DNA of 34,776 nucleotides, taken from positions 1 to 34,776 of the IMG/VR virus record IMGVR_UViG_3300036760_000005; one strand, written 5' to 3'. Shown piece by piece: positions 9,577-17,836 of the stretch (positions are counted from its first letter, which is position 1; the number at the start of each line of letters is the position of its first letter). The position numbers and the translations under genes were made by a program. The notes beneath the pieces were generated by a model. That model made no database searches and was not told the DNA's origin. It saw nothing but the letters and a program-made list of their open reading frames with translations. This DNA is from a virus (lineage: Duplodnaviria; Caudoviricetes).

Positions 9577-10376
9577 TGGAAACTACACGCGATGCTAAGG
9601 ATGTGGTCAAGCTTTGTAAGCGCTGTAATGAGCGCAAAACTCTAGATCAGTTCACAAAAAGGTCTGATCGCCGCAGTGGTCTTGGGTCCAGGTGCTTGGC
9701 GTGTGAAAGAGTGCGGAATACTGCGCGTCGTTCACACCCGGATGCTAAGGCTAAAGCTAGGTACTACGAAAAAGAATACCGTTTGACCCATCTGCCCCAA
9801 GAGTTAGAACGAGAAAGGGCGCGTGGTAAGCGTAGACGGTCGGATCCCAAGCTTTATCGGGTACTGATCGACAGTTTGAAGCGGAACGTAGTTTGGTTGG
9901 CAGCCCTCAAAGATGGACCGTGCGTTGATTGTGGTGGTAACTTTGTCCGCTGCGCTATGGATTTCGATCATAATCTGGGCTCTAAGTTCAAGAATGTGTC
10001 CGCTATGCTGAGTTACAGCCAAGAACGGATCATGGCGGAAATCCAAAAATGCGACCTTGTTTGCGCTAACTGTCACAGGGTACGCACGGCAAGTAGACGG
10101 GCTATACCAGAGTCTAGGCCGGGTCGTGATCGCTTTGTTGAGCGTGTAAACGCCTTGAAGCATCGCCCCTGCTCAGATTGTTCAGGACGCTTTCCACCAT
10201 GTGCTATGGATTACGATCACGTGCGGGGGGAGAAACTTCAAGGTATCTCGTACATGTTTGAGAGCGCGTGGTCAAAGGTCCTAATTGAGCTAGCTAAATG
10301 TGAACTTGTTTGCGCTAACTGCCATCGTACCCGCACCTGGCAGCGTAAGCAGGTCACCGCCAAGAGAGCTGCTTAA
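9576..10376 (+). CDS. HNH homing endonuclease with two tandem HNH domains
   Basis: N-terminal CKRC...CLAC, then two copies of PCxDC...CAMD[F/Y]DH...KC[D/E]LVCANCHRxRT. TAATG overlaps occur at both ends. Confidence 0.88.
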   Translation: METTRDAKDVVKLCKRCNERKTLDQFTKRSDRRSGLGSRCLACERVRNTARRSHPDAKAKARYYEKEYRLTHLPQELERERARGKRRRSDPKLYRVLIDSLKRNVVWLAALKDGPCVDCGGNFVRCAMDFDHNLGSKFKNVSAMLSYSQERIMAEIQKCDLVCANCHRVRTASRRAIPESRPGRDRFVERVNALKHRPCSDCSGRFPPCAMDYDHVRGEKLQGISYMFESAWSKVLIELAKCELVCANCHRTRTWQRKQVTAKRAA

Positions 10377-10891
10377 TGGAAATCGCACGCAACAGAGATG
10401 TGATCGTGCTTGTGAAGGACCTGTCCTTCCCTGTCATGCTTGACGCTGCTATGACTCAGGGTGGTTGGGTTGGGGGGACTGCGGTAACTTGGGCCGCCAC
10501 CCCCGACGACAATTTCCTTGCGACCTACTCAGATGGGACGTACGGCGGTTTCCTATTGTGGGGATCGAATGAGTCTGCCGACCAGTACGTGTCGTACACG
10601 GGCAATCAACCCAAGTACCAGTTCGGGGTGGTGTGTACGGGGACGTGGCTCATCTCTACGATCGCCTACGAGAAGTACACGTTGCAGTCTCGCTTGGTGC
10701 CCCCGCTGGTGCCCAACGTCTACACGGTAGGCACCCGGCTCAGGTTCTCGCTCAGGGGTCTTTGGACCCCTCAGGACGAATGGTCCATCTCGGGTGACCC
10801 GAGGGCTCCGAACAACTTCCTCGTGGGGGCTATCATCCAAGCTCCCGATGCCTCGAACAACCAGTACCTCATGGTCCAGACCGCGATTTGA
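10376..10891 (+). CDS. Putative capsid cement/decoration-like protein, paralog 2
   Basis: Aligns by eye over its full length with 9052-9576 (for example DEWSxSGDPRAPNN). Confidence 0.7.
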   Translation: MEIARNRDVIVLVKDLSFPVMLDAAMTQGGWVGGTAVTWAATPDDNFLATYSDGTYGGFLLWGSNESADQYVSYTGNQPKYQFGVVCTGTWLISTIAYEKYTLQSRLVPPLVPNVYTVGTRLRFSLRGLWTPQDEWSISGDPRAPNNFLVGAIIQAPDASNNQYLMVQTAI

Positions 10892-10894
10892 ACT

Positions 10895-11461
10895 ATGCCG
10901 TTCCCGCCCCCACTAGGTTCCTTTGAGATAGATTTCCGTGGCCTCGACATCGTTCGAGGGCGGGATTGCGTGCTGTTCTCAAAGGGCGACACGCACATGG
11001 TGACGGTAGACGCCGCCATGGTCCAAGGCGGTTGGCCAGGGGGTATTGGGGTTCAATGGGTTGATTCGACTACGAATGATCCCACCGTAACGTATTCCCA
11101 GGGCCTTTATGGGGGTTTCTTGCTTTATGGATCAGACGAGTCGGCGGATCAGTTCGTCAGCTCGACTCGTTCGCAGCTCGTGCATCCGCAATCTGTGGTC
11201 ATGATGGCGGGCAACGCGGTGCTGTCCACCTCGTCTTACGAGAAGTACACATATGCTTCTCGGCTTGGTGGCCCTCTCGTTCCTTTGGTGTATGCACCCA
11301 AAGATCCACTGTTCTTTTCTCGAAGGGGCCTTTGGACCAAAGAGGATGAAGCGAGCCAAGGTGTGCCTTTACCGTTCGCCCCGGCCTTCTTTGTAGGCTT
11401 CACGATGCAGGTCCCGTCCCCCGTCAACCAGTTTTACCTTGGGATTCAGGCCAGCTTGTGA
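10895..11461 (+). CDS. Putative capsid cement/decoration-like protein, paralog 3
   Basis: Shares GSDESADQFVSSTR and YEKYTYASR identically with paralog 1. Confidence 0.7.
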   Translation: MPFPPPLGSFEIDFRGLDIVRGRDCVLFSKGDTHMVTVDAAMVQGGWPGGIGVQWVDSTTNDPTVTYSQGLYGGFLLYGSDESADQFVSSTRSQLVHPQSVVMMAGNAVLSTSSYEKYTYASRLGGPLVPLVYAPKDPLFFSRRGLWTKEDEASQGVPLPFAPAFFVGFTMQVPSPVNQFYLGIQASL

Positions 11462-11892
11462 TGAACCGTGCCCCCACGCAGATGACCCCAGACGAGATCG
11501 TCGCGGAGATCGGGACGCTTCATCAAGACTTGCAGTCCAAATTGGCACGAGTCCAGGGTTTGGCTCAAGGGTTGTACCACCGCGTACGACGCGAGCCCCC
11601 GGATGACAACACGACTGTCTACCTCACCTATGCAAACGCTTGGATGCGCTTTGCGGGGATGGCCAACCAGGGTGTTACCCGTACGGTATCGGCGTCCAAA
11701 GTGCTTCGGCGTTTGACTCCGGTTTCTGAGACCACGGCGGTGGCACCTGAGCGCAAAAAGGTGTCATCAAAACCCAAGGAAGACACAGCGCCAATAGATG
11801 CTTTGATTTCCATGTATGGGGCATCCTCGGGCCCTGCTGAGGCACCTGACCCAAGCGAACCGTCTACGGACAGTTCCCCAAGTGAAAACTGA
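11461..11892 (+). CDS. Hypothetical coiled-coil protein
   Basis: Coupled to both neighbours by TGATG overlaps. Confidence 0.75.
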   Translation: MNRAPTQMTPDEIVAEIGTLHQDLQSKLARVQGLAQGLYHRVRREPPDDNTTVYLTYANAWMRFAGMANQGVTRTVSASKVLRRLTPVSETTAVAPERKKVSSKPKEDTAPIDALISMYGASSGPAEAPDPSEPSTDSSPSEN

Positions 11893-13664
11893 TGGCCAAG
11901 ACTTTTACGAACGCTAAAACACGGGCTGCCACGCTATCCATTCCGGATTCACGTGGTTCGCGGCCGTACGTTTCCAAGGGTCCGATCAGTTCGCTCACGG
12001 CCAAGGAGAAGGAAGCCCGTCGTATCCAGAAGACGGCTGACGGCAGCTTCAACACTTCGATGGCGACGCAGGGCGCGTTTTTCTCGCCACAATTATCGAC
12101 TGACTTCCTGGAGTTACCGCAGTCGCTTCGTGAGAAGCGCGAGATCTACCGGCACTTCTACAACACGGACCCTATTGTCGGTCAGTCAATCGACCTGCAC
12201 ACGGAGCTACCACTCTCTAAAGTAAGGTTAGGGACCCCGAAGCCCGCGACCTTCCCTAAAGGCTTCAAGGATCAACACGACTACGCGAGCTACATTCTGT
12301 GGTTCTTCACGGAGATGTGCGATCGGATCAAGCTGTTCCAACGGCTTGTTACGATGGTCCACCACTACTGGCTGGATGGTGGCGTGTTCGTGTTCGCTGA
12401 GGACTCTACGGTCGATGTTCCAGGGGAATTGGGCTACGATACCAAGAATCTTGGGGTCAAATCCGTTCTTATGGAGGACGGCGAAACCAAAGAAGAGCCC
12501 GATGTAGCGTTGGTTGAACGTGAAGATCGGGAACAGGATGAACTGGCTTACTACCAAAAGCACTACGCTGGGTGGGATCGCCTCATCATTCTGCCGATCG
12601 ATCAGGTCAAGGTTACGACCTACTCGTTCACGGACAAGATGCGCATCGAGTTGATTCCGGCGGACCGGGATCGTGCCCTGATTGAACAGGCTAAGGCTGG
12701 TGACGCCTTTTCCGAAGAAATGGTGAAGGAGATCCCTGAGGAAGTTCGGGATCACATCGAACAGGGCAAGCTGATCCCACTTGGTTTAGATCCCGATGAG
12801 GGTTCGTTCTGCTACTACATGGCGGGCCGTCGTGGGGCCGGTGAGGACCTGGGACAGTCCATTCTGGATCGCGTGCTTCGCACGTTGATGTACCGGGAGA
12901 AGCTCCGCCAAGCGCAGACGCAGATTGCATCTCGTGCCATGACGCCTAAGCGCATTGTCTGGGGTGACCGCATATCGGAAATCGACGTGATGGATCTGCG
13001 CGAACAGGTCGATCTGGCGTTGGTTGACCCCGACTACTCTATCGTCACCAACTACGAAATTCACTGGGAAGAAATGGGATCTCGGGACCGCTTGCTGGAC
13101 TTGTCCAGCGAGTACGAAACCACGGACAAGCTGCTCTACGCGGGGCTTGGCGTGACTGAGAGCCTACTCTCGGGCGAGGCCCTGTACTCAGGGGATCGAC
13201 TCAAGCTTGAGGTCATCAACACCCGGTACCTGTTCCTGCGAGAGATGGTGCAGGAGTACGTTGAGCTGAACCTGTTCAAGCCGGTGGCCCGTCGTAAGGG
13301 CTTTGTGGAGAAGAATGCGTGGGGCGGTGAGGTCGTGTTGTACCCCAGGTTGTCCTTCACGCGCCTGCCGCTGCGGGACTCGCAGGACACCTACGATGCC
13401 CTGTTCAACCTCTACAACAAGGGTTCGATCGATATTTCGATCATCCTGGAGATGTTCAACATCGACCCGGATGACACCCGGATCAAACTGGAGCGGGACC
13501 TGTTCACGGTCAACGACGCCCTGTTTAACGAGGTTTTGCGGGGTATCTACAACGCGGCGGCCCAGACGATCGTGGACAAAACCGATGTGGCTACCAGAAT
13601 TATATCGTCCCTCAAGCTCAAAGAGGTAGAGCCCCCGGCTGAGCCCGAGGAAGGCCGCTTCTAG
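11892..13664 (+). CDS. Portal protein
   Basis: 590 aa, located between terL and the protease. Portal-like motifs include YxxDPIVxxxIDLHTELPLS, GxSILxRxxRxLxxxEKLRxAQ...TPxRIV and GLGVTESLL. Confidence 0.85.
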   Translation: MAKTFTNAKTRAATLSIPDSRGSRPYVSKGPISSLTAKEKEARRIQKTADGSFNTSMATQGAFFSPQLSTDFLELPQSLREKREIYRHFYNTDPIVGQSIDLHTELPLSKVRLGTPKPATFPKGFKDQHDYASYILWFFTEMCDRIKLFQRLVTMVHHYWLDGGVFVFAEDSTVDVPGELGYDTKNLGVKSVLMEDGETKEEPDVALVEREDREQDELAYYQKHYAGWDRLIILPIDQVKVTTYSFTDKMRIELIPADRDRALIEQAKAGDAFSEEMVKEIPEEVRDHIEQGKLIPLGLDPDEGSFCYYMAGRRGAGEDLGQSILDRVLRTLMYREKLRQAQTQIASRAMTPKRIVWGDRISEIDVMDLREQVDLALVDPDYSIVTNYEIHWEEMGSRDRLLDLSSEYETTDKLLYAGLGVTESLLSGEALYSGDRLKLEVINTRYLFLREMVQEYVELNLFKPVARRKGFVEKNAWGGEVVLYPRLSFTRLPLRDSQDTYDALFNLYNKGSIDISIILEMFNIDPDDTRIKLERDLFTVNDALFNEVLRGIYNAAAQTIVDKTDVATRIISSLKLKEVEPPAEPEEGRF

Positions 13665-13689
13665 TCTTTCGATGAATTCGATCCTACGG

Positions 13690-16656
13690 ATGGATCGCGT
13701 TGGCACCAAAGATCATGTGGAACGGGAAACGGACGAGGCGGAGCGCCTGGTCCGTCCCGCCCCGAAGGTCAAACCACCCCGTCACGACAAGCGTCGTGAG
13801 CGCATGGATGTGGACGATGACCCAGATCTGGATCTGACCGACAAGGACCTCTCGAAGAACTACAAGACTATCGGGGGTTCTGTGACCCACCGGGTGCTTG
13901 AGCGGTGGGCCAAAGGTGAGAATCCGGAGGCCGAAAAGGTCAGGGTCCGTAAGAAGGAAACGGGTTGGGTCGGATGGGTCGGTCAGGACGCCTTGAAAAG
14001 TAGTCCTGGGGATTACGAGGTCGTTGAGGCTGAGGAAGACGAGGGCAAAGAGCCTGACTCCGCAGAGACAGCCGCTCCGGGGGCTCAAAAGGGCGAAACG
14101 CCGCCGCCAACAGCGGAAGCTGACGCAAAAGCGCAGACCTCTTTGCAAGATATGGCCAAGGCGGACGCCGAGTTCGCTGCCATTCTGAAAGACTTCACGA
14201 ACCCGAAGTCCGACATGTTTACGTGGGCCAAGAGTGCCCCAGATACTCCCGCAGCCAAGTTTCTGCGTGGTCGAACGCCTCCAAAGGGGGTCCAGACGCT
14301 AGGGGATCTGCAACGGGTGCTTCTGTTGAAGGCCCCGAAGACCACGGCCCCCAAGAAGGCCCCAGAAGCGGTCCCGGCTCCTCCCAAGACTGAGGGTGTA
14401 CCACCGGGACAAGTCAAAGCGGAACCCAAGGAACCTCCGGCGAAAGCCTCTCCGGCGGAACCTAAGGCGGATCCCAAGCCCCCGGCTGCGGCTGGTGGTA
14501 AACCGAAACTTCAAGCACCGCCTCCGGCGGGGGCAGGGGCGGTCCCCCCGCCTATAACGGTCCCTCCGCCTGCGGTAGCTGTCCCCGATTCCTCTGAGGA
14601 CTTCACTGCGCCTCCGACGGGGGTTCCGACGCGGCCCGTTTCTAAGGTTGAGCAAGACGCGGCACAGCAAACGATTGTGTCCTCGTTCCCCACGCAGGTT
14701 GCGGTGGACCTCTTGCTGCTGAGGCCGCCGTTGCATCCCGATGAGGTGTCAGCGCTGATCTCAGACTACCATTCGGCACAGGCTATCCCGATCAAGAACT
14801 TAGATGAGTTCCGGGACAAAGCTGCGAAGATCTACGCCACAGATCCTAGTACCGTGGCAGCACCTAAGACCACTAAGGGTGAAGATGGGGAACCTGTCCC
14901 CTTGGCATCTTTACCCCCTGACGAGCAAGCGACTGCAATTCGTAAGCATCAAGTTCAGGTGGTTGCGATGAGCCTCGCTGCTCGGGATGCTGTGGCTCAG
15001 AATTTGAGTAAGAAGTCGGGGGTCCCTAAAGATTTGGCAGTTCGCTTATCCGGTTTCTTGCTGTCTGGGAGAGACGAATCTCCCGAAGATCGTCAGAAGC
15101 GGGCAGTCGCAGAAGCCGAGAGCCTTTTCTATGAAGGCCTCTCAAAAGACCCTGAACCAGTGTCGGCATCGTCTGTACGGAAGATCCTCAGTTCCACGAA
15201 GGATCCGGCTGCACAACGGTTAGCGGTGGGGTACCTCCAAGCACAGGACCACCAGGAGGCACGTCAACGCTTTCTGGATCCTTCCTCTGAGGAACACATT
15301 TCAGAGCGTCAGTCCCCGGATGTCATTGCGTCGCGTTTGAGCAAGGCATCGGAGTTCCTTCGTGAGCGTGGGGCGCGTTATCCGGAGGGTCTGAGTGCCC
15401 AGGATAGCGCCCTGACGTTTAGGACTCGGGTGCTCAAGCATTTGTCGGCTTTGGCTCCAGCTAAAATTCCTCAAATTCAGGAACTTTTGGACACAGGGGA
15501 CAATGCTCAATACGACAAGGACCTGAAGCGGTACGAGAAGGCGACGGGGGCCTATCAGGCGAAACTGCTCCAGGCTGATAAGGACTCAGACAAGGCGTAC
15601 TCGGAGTATTCCAAAGCGCTCTTGGTTGGCGGTGACCCAGACGCCGATCCCCCGCTGTCTAGTACCGAGAGGCTACTGGAAGCAGGTTTGATGGAGCCAA
15701 TTGAGCCCCGTAAACCACCTAGGTACGACTTACAGCGCAAGACACCGGAGGAACGTGGTGAGGCGGCTTCCGGCCTTTGGGACGACCTCATGAGCCGGAC
15801 AGCTAGTCAGAGGGTAGCGGCCCGGTACTCGGCCAGCATTTCTACTTATCCGGATGCATGTGCGATGGGCCAGAACCGGCAAGCTGTCTATTGGGGTGTC
15901 AATCCTTACTCGAAAGGGCAGGGGCCAGCCCCTTATGTGGGTTGGGAGCAACCTCAGGCTCGTGACCTTGGTGACAAGGATTTCACGCAAATCCTTAAGG
16001 CGGCACGTGTGTGGTTGAAGACCCCGGTGCTTGCCTCTGACATCGATGGGGTCGTTAGGGACACGCAGCTTCGGGCAGCGTTGGATCTCGCGATTGACAC
16101 TGAGGGGTACGCCTCAGTGCTGCATCCGACCCTGTACAACAACTTATTGGCTCGCCTTGCTGGTGCGCCTCAGGACGAGACACTGGTTACGGTTACAGCG
16201 TTTGCCAAAGATGAAATTGAACAGTCTACAACTGCGAGGATGACGACGATGCCCAAGGATACAGTTGAGTTGAAGCAAGCACAGGCGGATCACTTCTTGG
16301 CCCGCTTGGACCGTATGGCCTCCACCGTGCAAGAGAAGCACGAACAGTGGGGCATGCCTCTCGCGACAGCCAAGGAATTCGTGAACGGGCTCGATAAGCT
16401 CGCGGACGAGTTCGAGAAGGCCGCCTACGGTGAGCAGTCGCTGACGATTCGTCAAGCGTCGATCATCCTGGGTACGGAGAAGACCGCTGAGGTGATTCAG
16501 CGCGACTCCGACGAGAAGTACATGGACACGTTCGCGAATCCGCAGAAGCCGATTCAGACCGAAGCGGACGAGCCCTACATGGCTGCCTACAAGAGCGACG
16601 ACTCTTCGGGCGTCCAAAACGGTTCGGCCAGCAACGGTCGCAAGCTCGCTCCTTGA
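13690..16656 (+). CDS. Large multi-segment protein (~990 aa) with a Pro/Ala/Lys-rich linker, candidate head protein
   Basis: Long ORF (track start 13672, ATG at 13690 preferred). It has a Pro-rich stretch at ~14330-14640 and the motifs RVLERW and RTASQRVAARY. Confidence 0.8.
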   Translation: MDRVGTKDHVERETDEAERLVRPAPKVKPPRHDKRRERMDVDDDPDLDLTDKDLSKNYKTIGGSVTHRVLERWAKGENPEAEKVRVRKKETGWVGWVGQDALKSSPGDYEVVEAEEDEGKEPDSAETAAPGAQKGETPPPTAEADAKAQTSLQDMAKADAEFAAILKDFTNPKSDMFTWAKSAPDTPAAKFLRGRTPPKGVQTLGDLQRVLLLKAPKTTAPKKAPEAVPAPPKTEGVPPGQVKAEPKEPPAKASPAEPKADPKPPAAAGGKPKLQAPPPAGAGAVPPPITVPPPAVAVPDSSEDFTAPPTGVPTRPVSKVEQDAAQQTIVSSFPTQVAVDLLLLRPPLHPDEVSALISDYHSAQAIPIKNLDEFRDKAAKIYATDPSTVAAPKTTKGEDGEPVPLASLPPDEQATAIRKHQVQVVAMSLAARDAVAQNLSKKSGVPKDLAVRLSGFLLSGRDESPEDRQKRAVAEAESLFYEGLSKDPEPVSASSVRKILSSTKDPAAQRLAVGYLQAQDHQEARQRFLDPSSEEHISERQSPDVIASRLSKASEFLRERGARYPEGLSAQDSALTFRTRVLKHLSALAPAKIPQIQELLDTGDNAQYDKDLKRYEKATGAYQAKLLQADKDSDKAYSEYSKALLVGGDPDADPPLSSTERLLEAGLMEPIEPRKPPRYDLQRKTPEERGEAASGLWDDLMSRTASQRVAARYSASISTYPDACAMGQNRQAVYWGVNPYSKGQGPAPYVGWEQPQARDLGDKDFTQILKAARVWLKTPVLASDIDGVVRDTQLRAALDLAIDTEGYASVLHPTLYNNLLARLAGAPQDETLVTVTAFAKDEIEQSTTARMTTMPKDTVELKQAQADHFLARLDRMASTVQEKHEQWGMPLATAKEFVNGLDKLADEFEKAAYGEQSLTIRQASIILGTEKTAEVIQRDSDEKYMDTFANPQKPIQTEADEPYMAAYKSDDSSGVQNGSASNGRKLAP

Positions 16657-16664
16657 ACTGCGAC

Positions 16665-17126
16665 ATGCCTGCCACCGTTCTACAGATAGGTCCGTTGAGG
16701 ACTTGCTCTAAGTGCGTGGAAACGAAACTGGTTAGTTCGTTTTACCGCACCACTAAGGTCAAGAGTGGCCTATTGAGCATCTGTAAAACGTGCATGCTTG
16801 CAAAGCAGTCTGAGTGGGTAAAAGGCAGAGGAGAACTTGAGCCCACCAGACGGAAAAACAGATATTACAAGATAGACTTCAATGGCTTATGGGAGAAACA
16901 AGGGGGCCTATGTTCTGTCTGTCGTACACCCATGTTACCCAAGGGTAAGACGGCAAAATCTGTTGTGGTTGATCACGATCGTCGTTGCTGTCCTGGTCGA
17001 GGGTCTTGCGGCCAATGCGTGCGAGGTCTGATTCATAGTCGTTGTAACATCATCGTAGGGGTCCTTGAAAGCGAATCCGCTACTGTTGCTCTTGCCAAAG
17101 ATTATCTGGAGAAGCAAAAATGCTAG
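16665..17126 (+). CDS. Endonuclease VII-family (T4 gp49-like) homing endonuclease
   Basis: QGGLCSVC...VVVDHD...CCPGxxSCGxCVRGLIHxxCN, with an N-terminal CSKC...CKTC module and AT-rich codons. Confidence 0.85.
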   Translation: MPATVLQIGPLRTCSKCVETKLVSSFYRTTKVKSGLLSICKTCMLAKQSEWVKGRGELEPTRRKNRYYKIDFNGLWEKQGGLCSVCRTPMLPKGKTAKSVVVDHDRRCCPGRGSCGQCVRGLIHSRCNIIVGVLESESATVALAKDYLEKQKC

Positions 17127-17836
17127 ATTTTTGGCGTATCGTGAAGGACTTCAAGCAGGGGGACATCGTTCAACGGGTATCTCCCACTTTTGCCTTATCT
17201 CCTTATGTTGGTAGAGTGACAGCCGTTCATCGGGGGATCGCTCAAATCGATATCCAATGGCCTCACGCAAACGAACGTGTGAGCCCCGACGAAATCGTGA
17301 GAGTGAATCCAAAGCTTACGATGTTCTTACCGCCTGAGTTTGATCAGAGCTACGATAGCTACGATATTCAGAAAGCTCGTAAGCTCTGGGCATCGTCTTC
17401 TCCGTGGGGTGGGTCTAACCTCCCTGCTGGCTTCTATAGTGAAGTCGCTAAGGCCTGGGGCAAGGGTGCAAGTGAGGTTGGTGCTTACGATGCGGTGTGG
17501 CATCGGTTCGCGGCCCAAGGGGTTGCGGATGAGAGCTTGCGGAGTGAGGTGGCCAAGTTCTACCAGGTCGCTTCACGGTTGGCGGATCTCCGGATCCAGC
17601 AACACGCGGTCAAGAGTGCTGCCTACTGGGTTGCCCAGAACCGGCAGTACCGCGTGACGCAGGCTGAGGTTCAGGGTCAGAAGCCGTGTTGCCCAAAGTG
17701 CGGCACCCAGATGCGCAAGACCACCTACAAGATGGCAGAGGGGTCTCGGGTGCGTCTGTTCGCTTGTCCCAAGGATCTGTTCCTGATCAAGACGGATGCG
17801 ATCCTTGGCCCGCAAGGCGAGCCGGTGGGTTGGTAG
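17120..17836 (+). CDS. Hypothetical protein with an N-terminal SH3-like beta domain and a C-terminal zinc ribbon
   Basis: FKQGDIVQ...GRVTAV...IDIQW at the N-terminus and CPKC...FACPKD at the C-terminus. It abuts the protease gene. Confidence 0.75.
   Translation: MLDFWRIVKDFKQGDIVQRVSPTFALSPYVGRVTAVHRGIAQIDIQWPHANERVSPDEIVRVNPKLTMFLPPEFDQSYDSYDIQKARKLWASSSPWGGSNLPAGFYSEVAKAWGKGASEVGAYDAVWHRFAAQGVADESLRSEVAKFYQVASRLADLRIQQHAVKSAAYWVAQNRQYRVTQAEVQGQKPCCPKCGTQMRKTTYKMAEGSRVRLFACPKDLFLIKTDAILGPQGEPVGW

Noticed and set aside
9052-11461. Diversity-generating retroelement template/variable repeats among the paralogs
   Set aside because: Differences are not adenine-specific, whole genes are duplicated, and there is no reverse transcriptase in the window.
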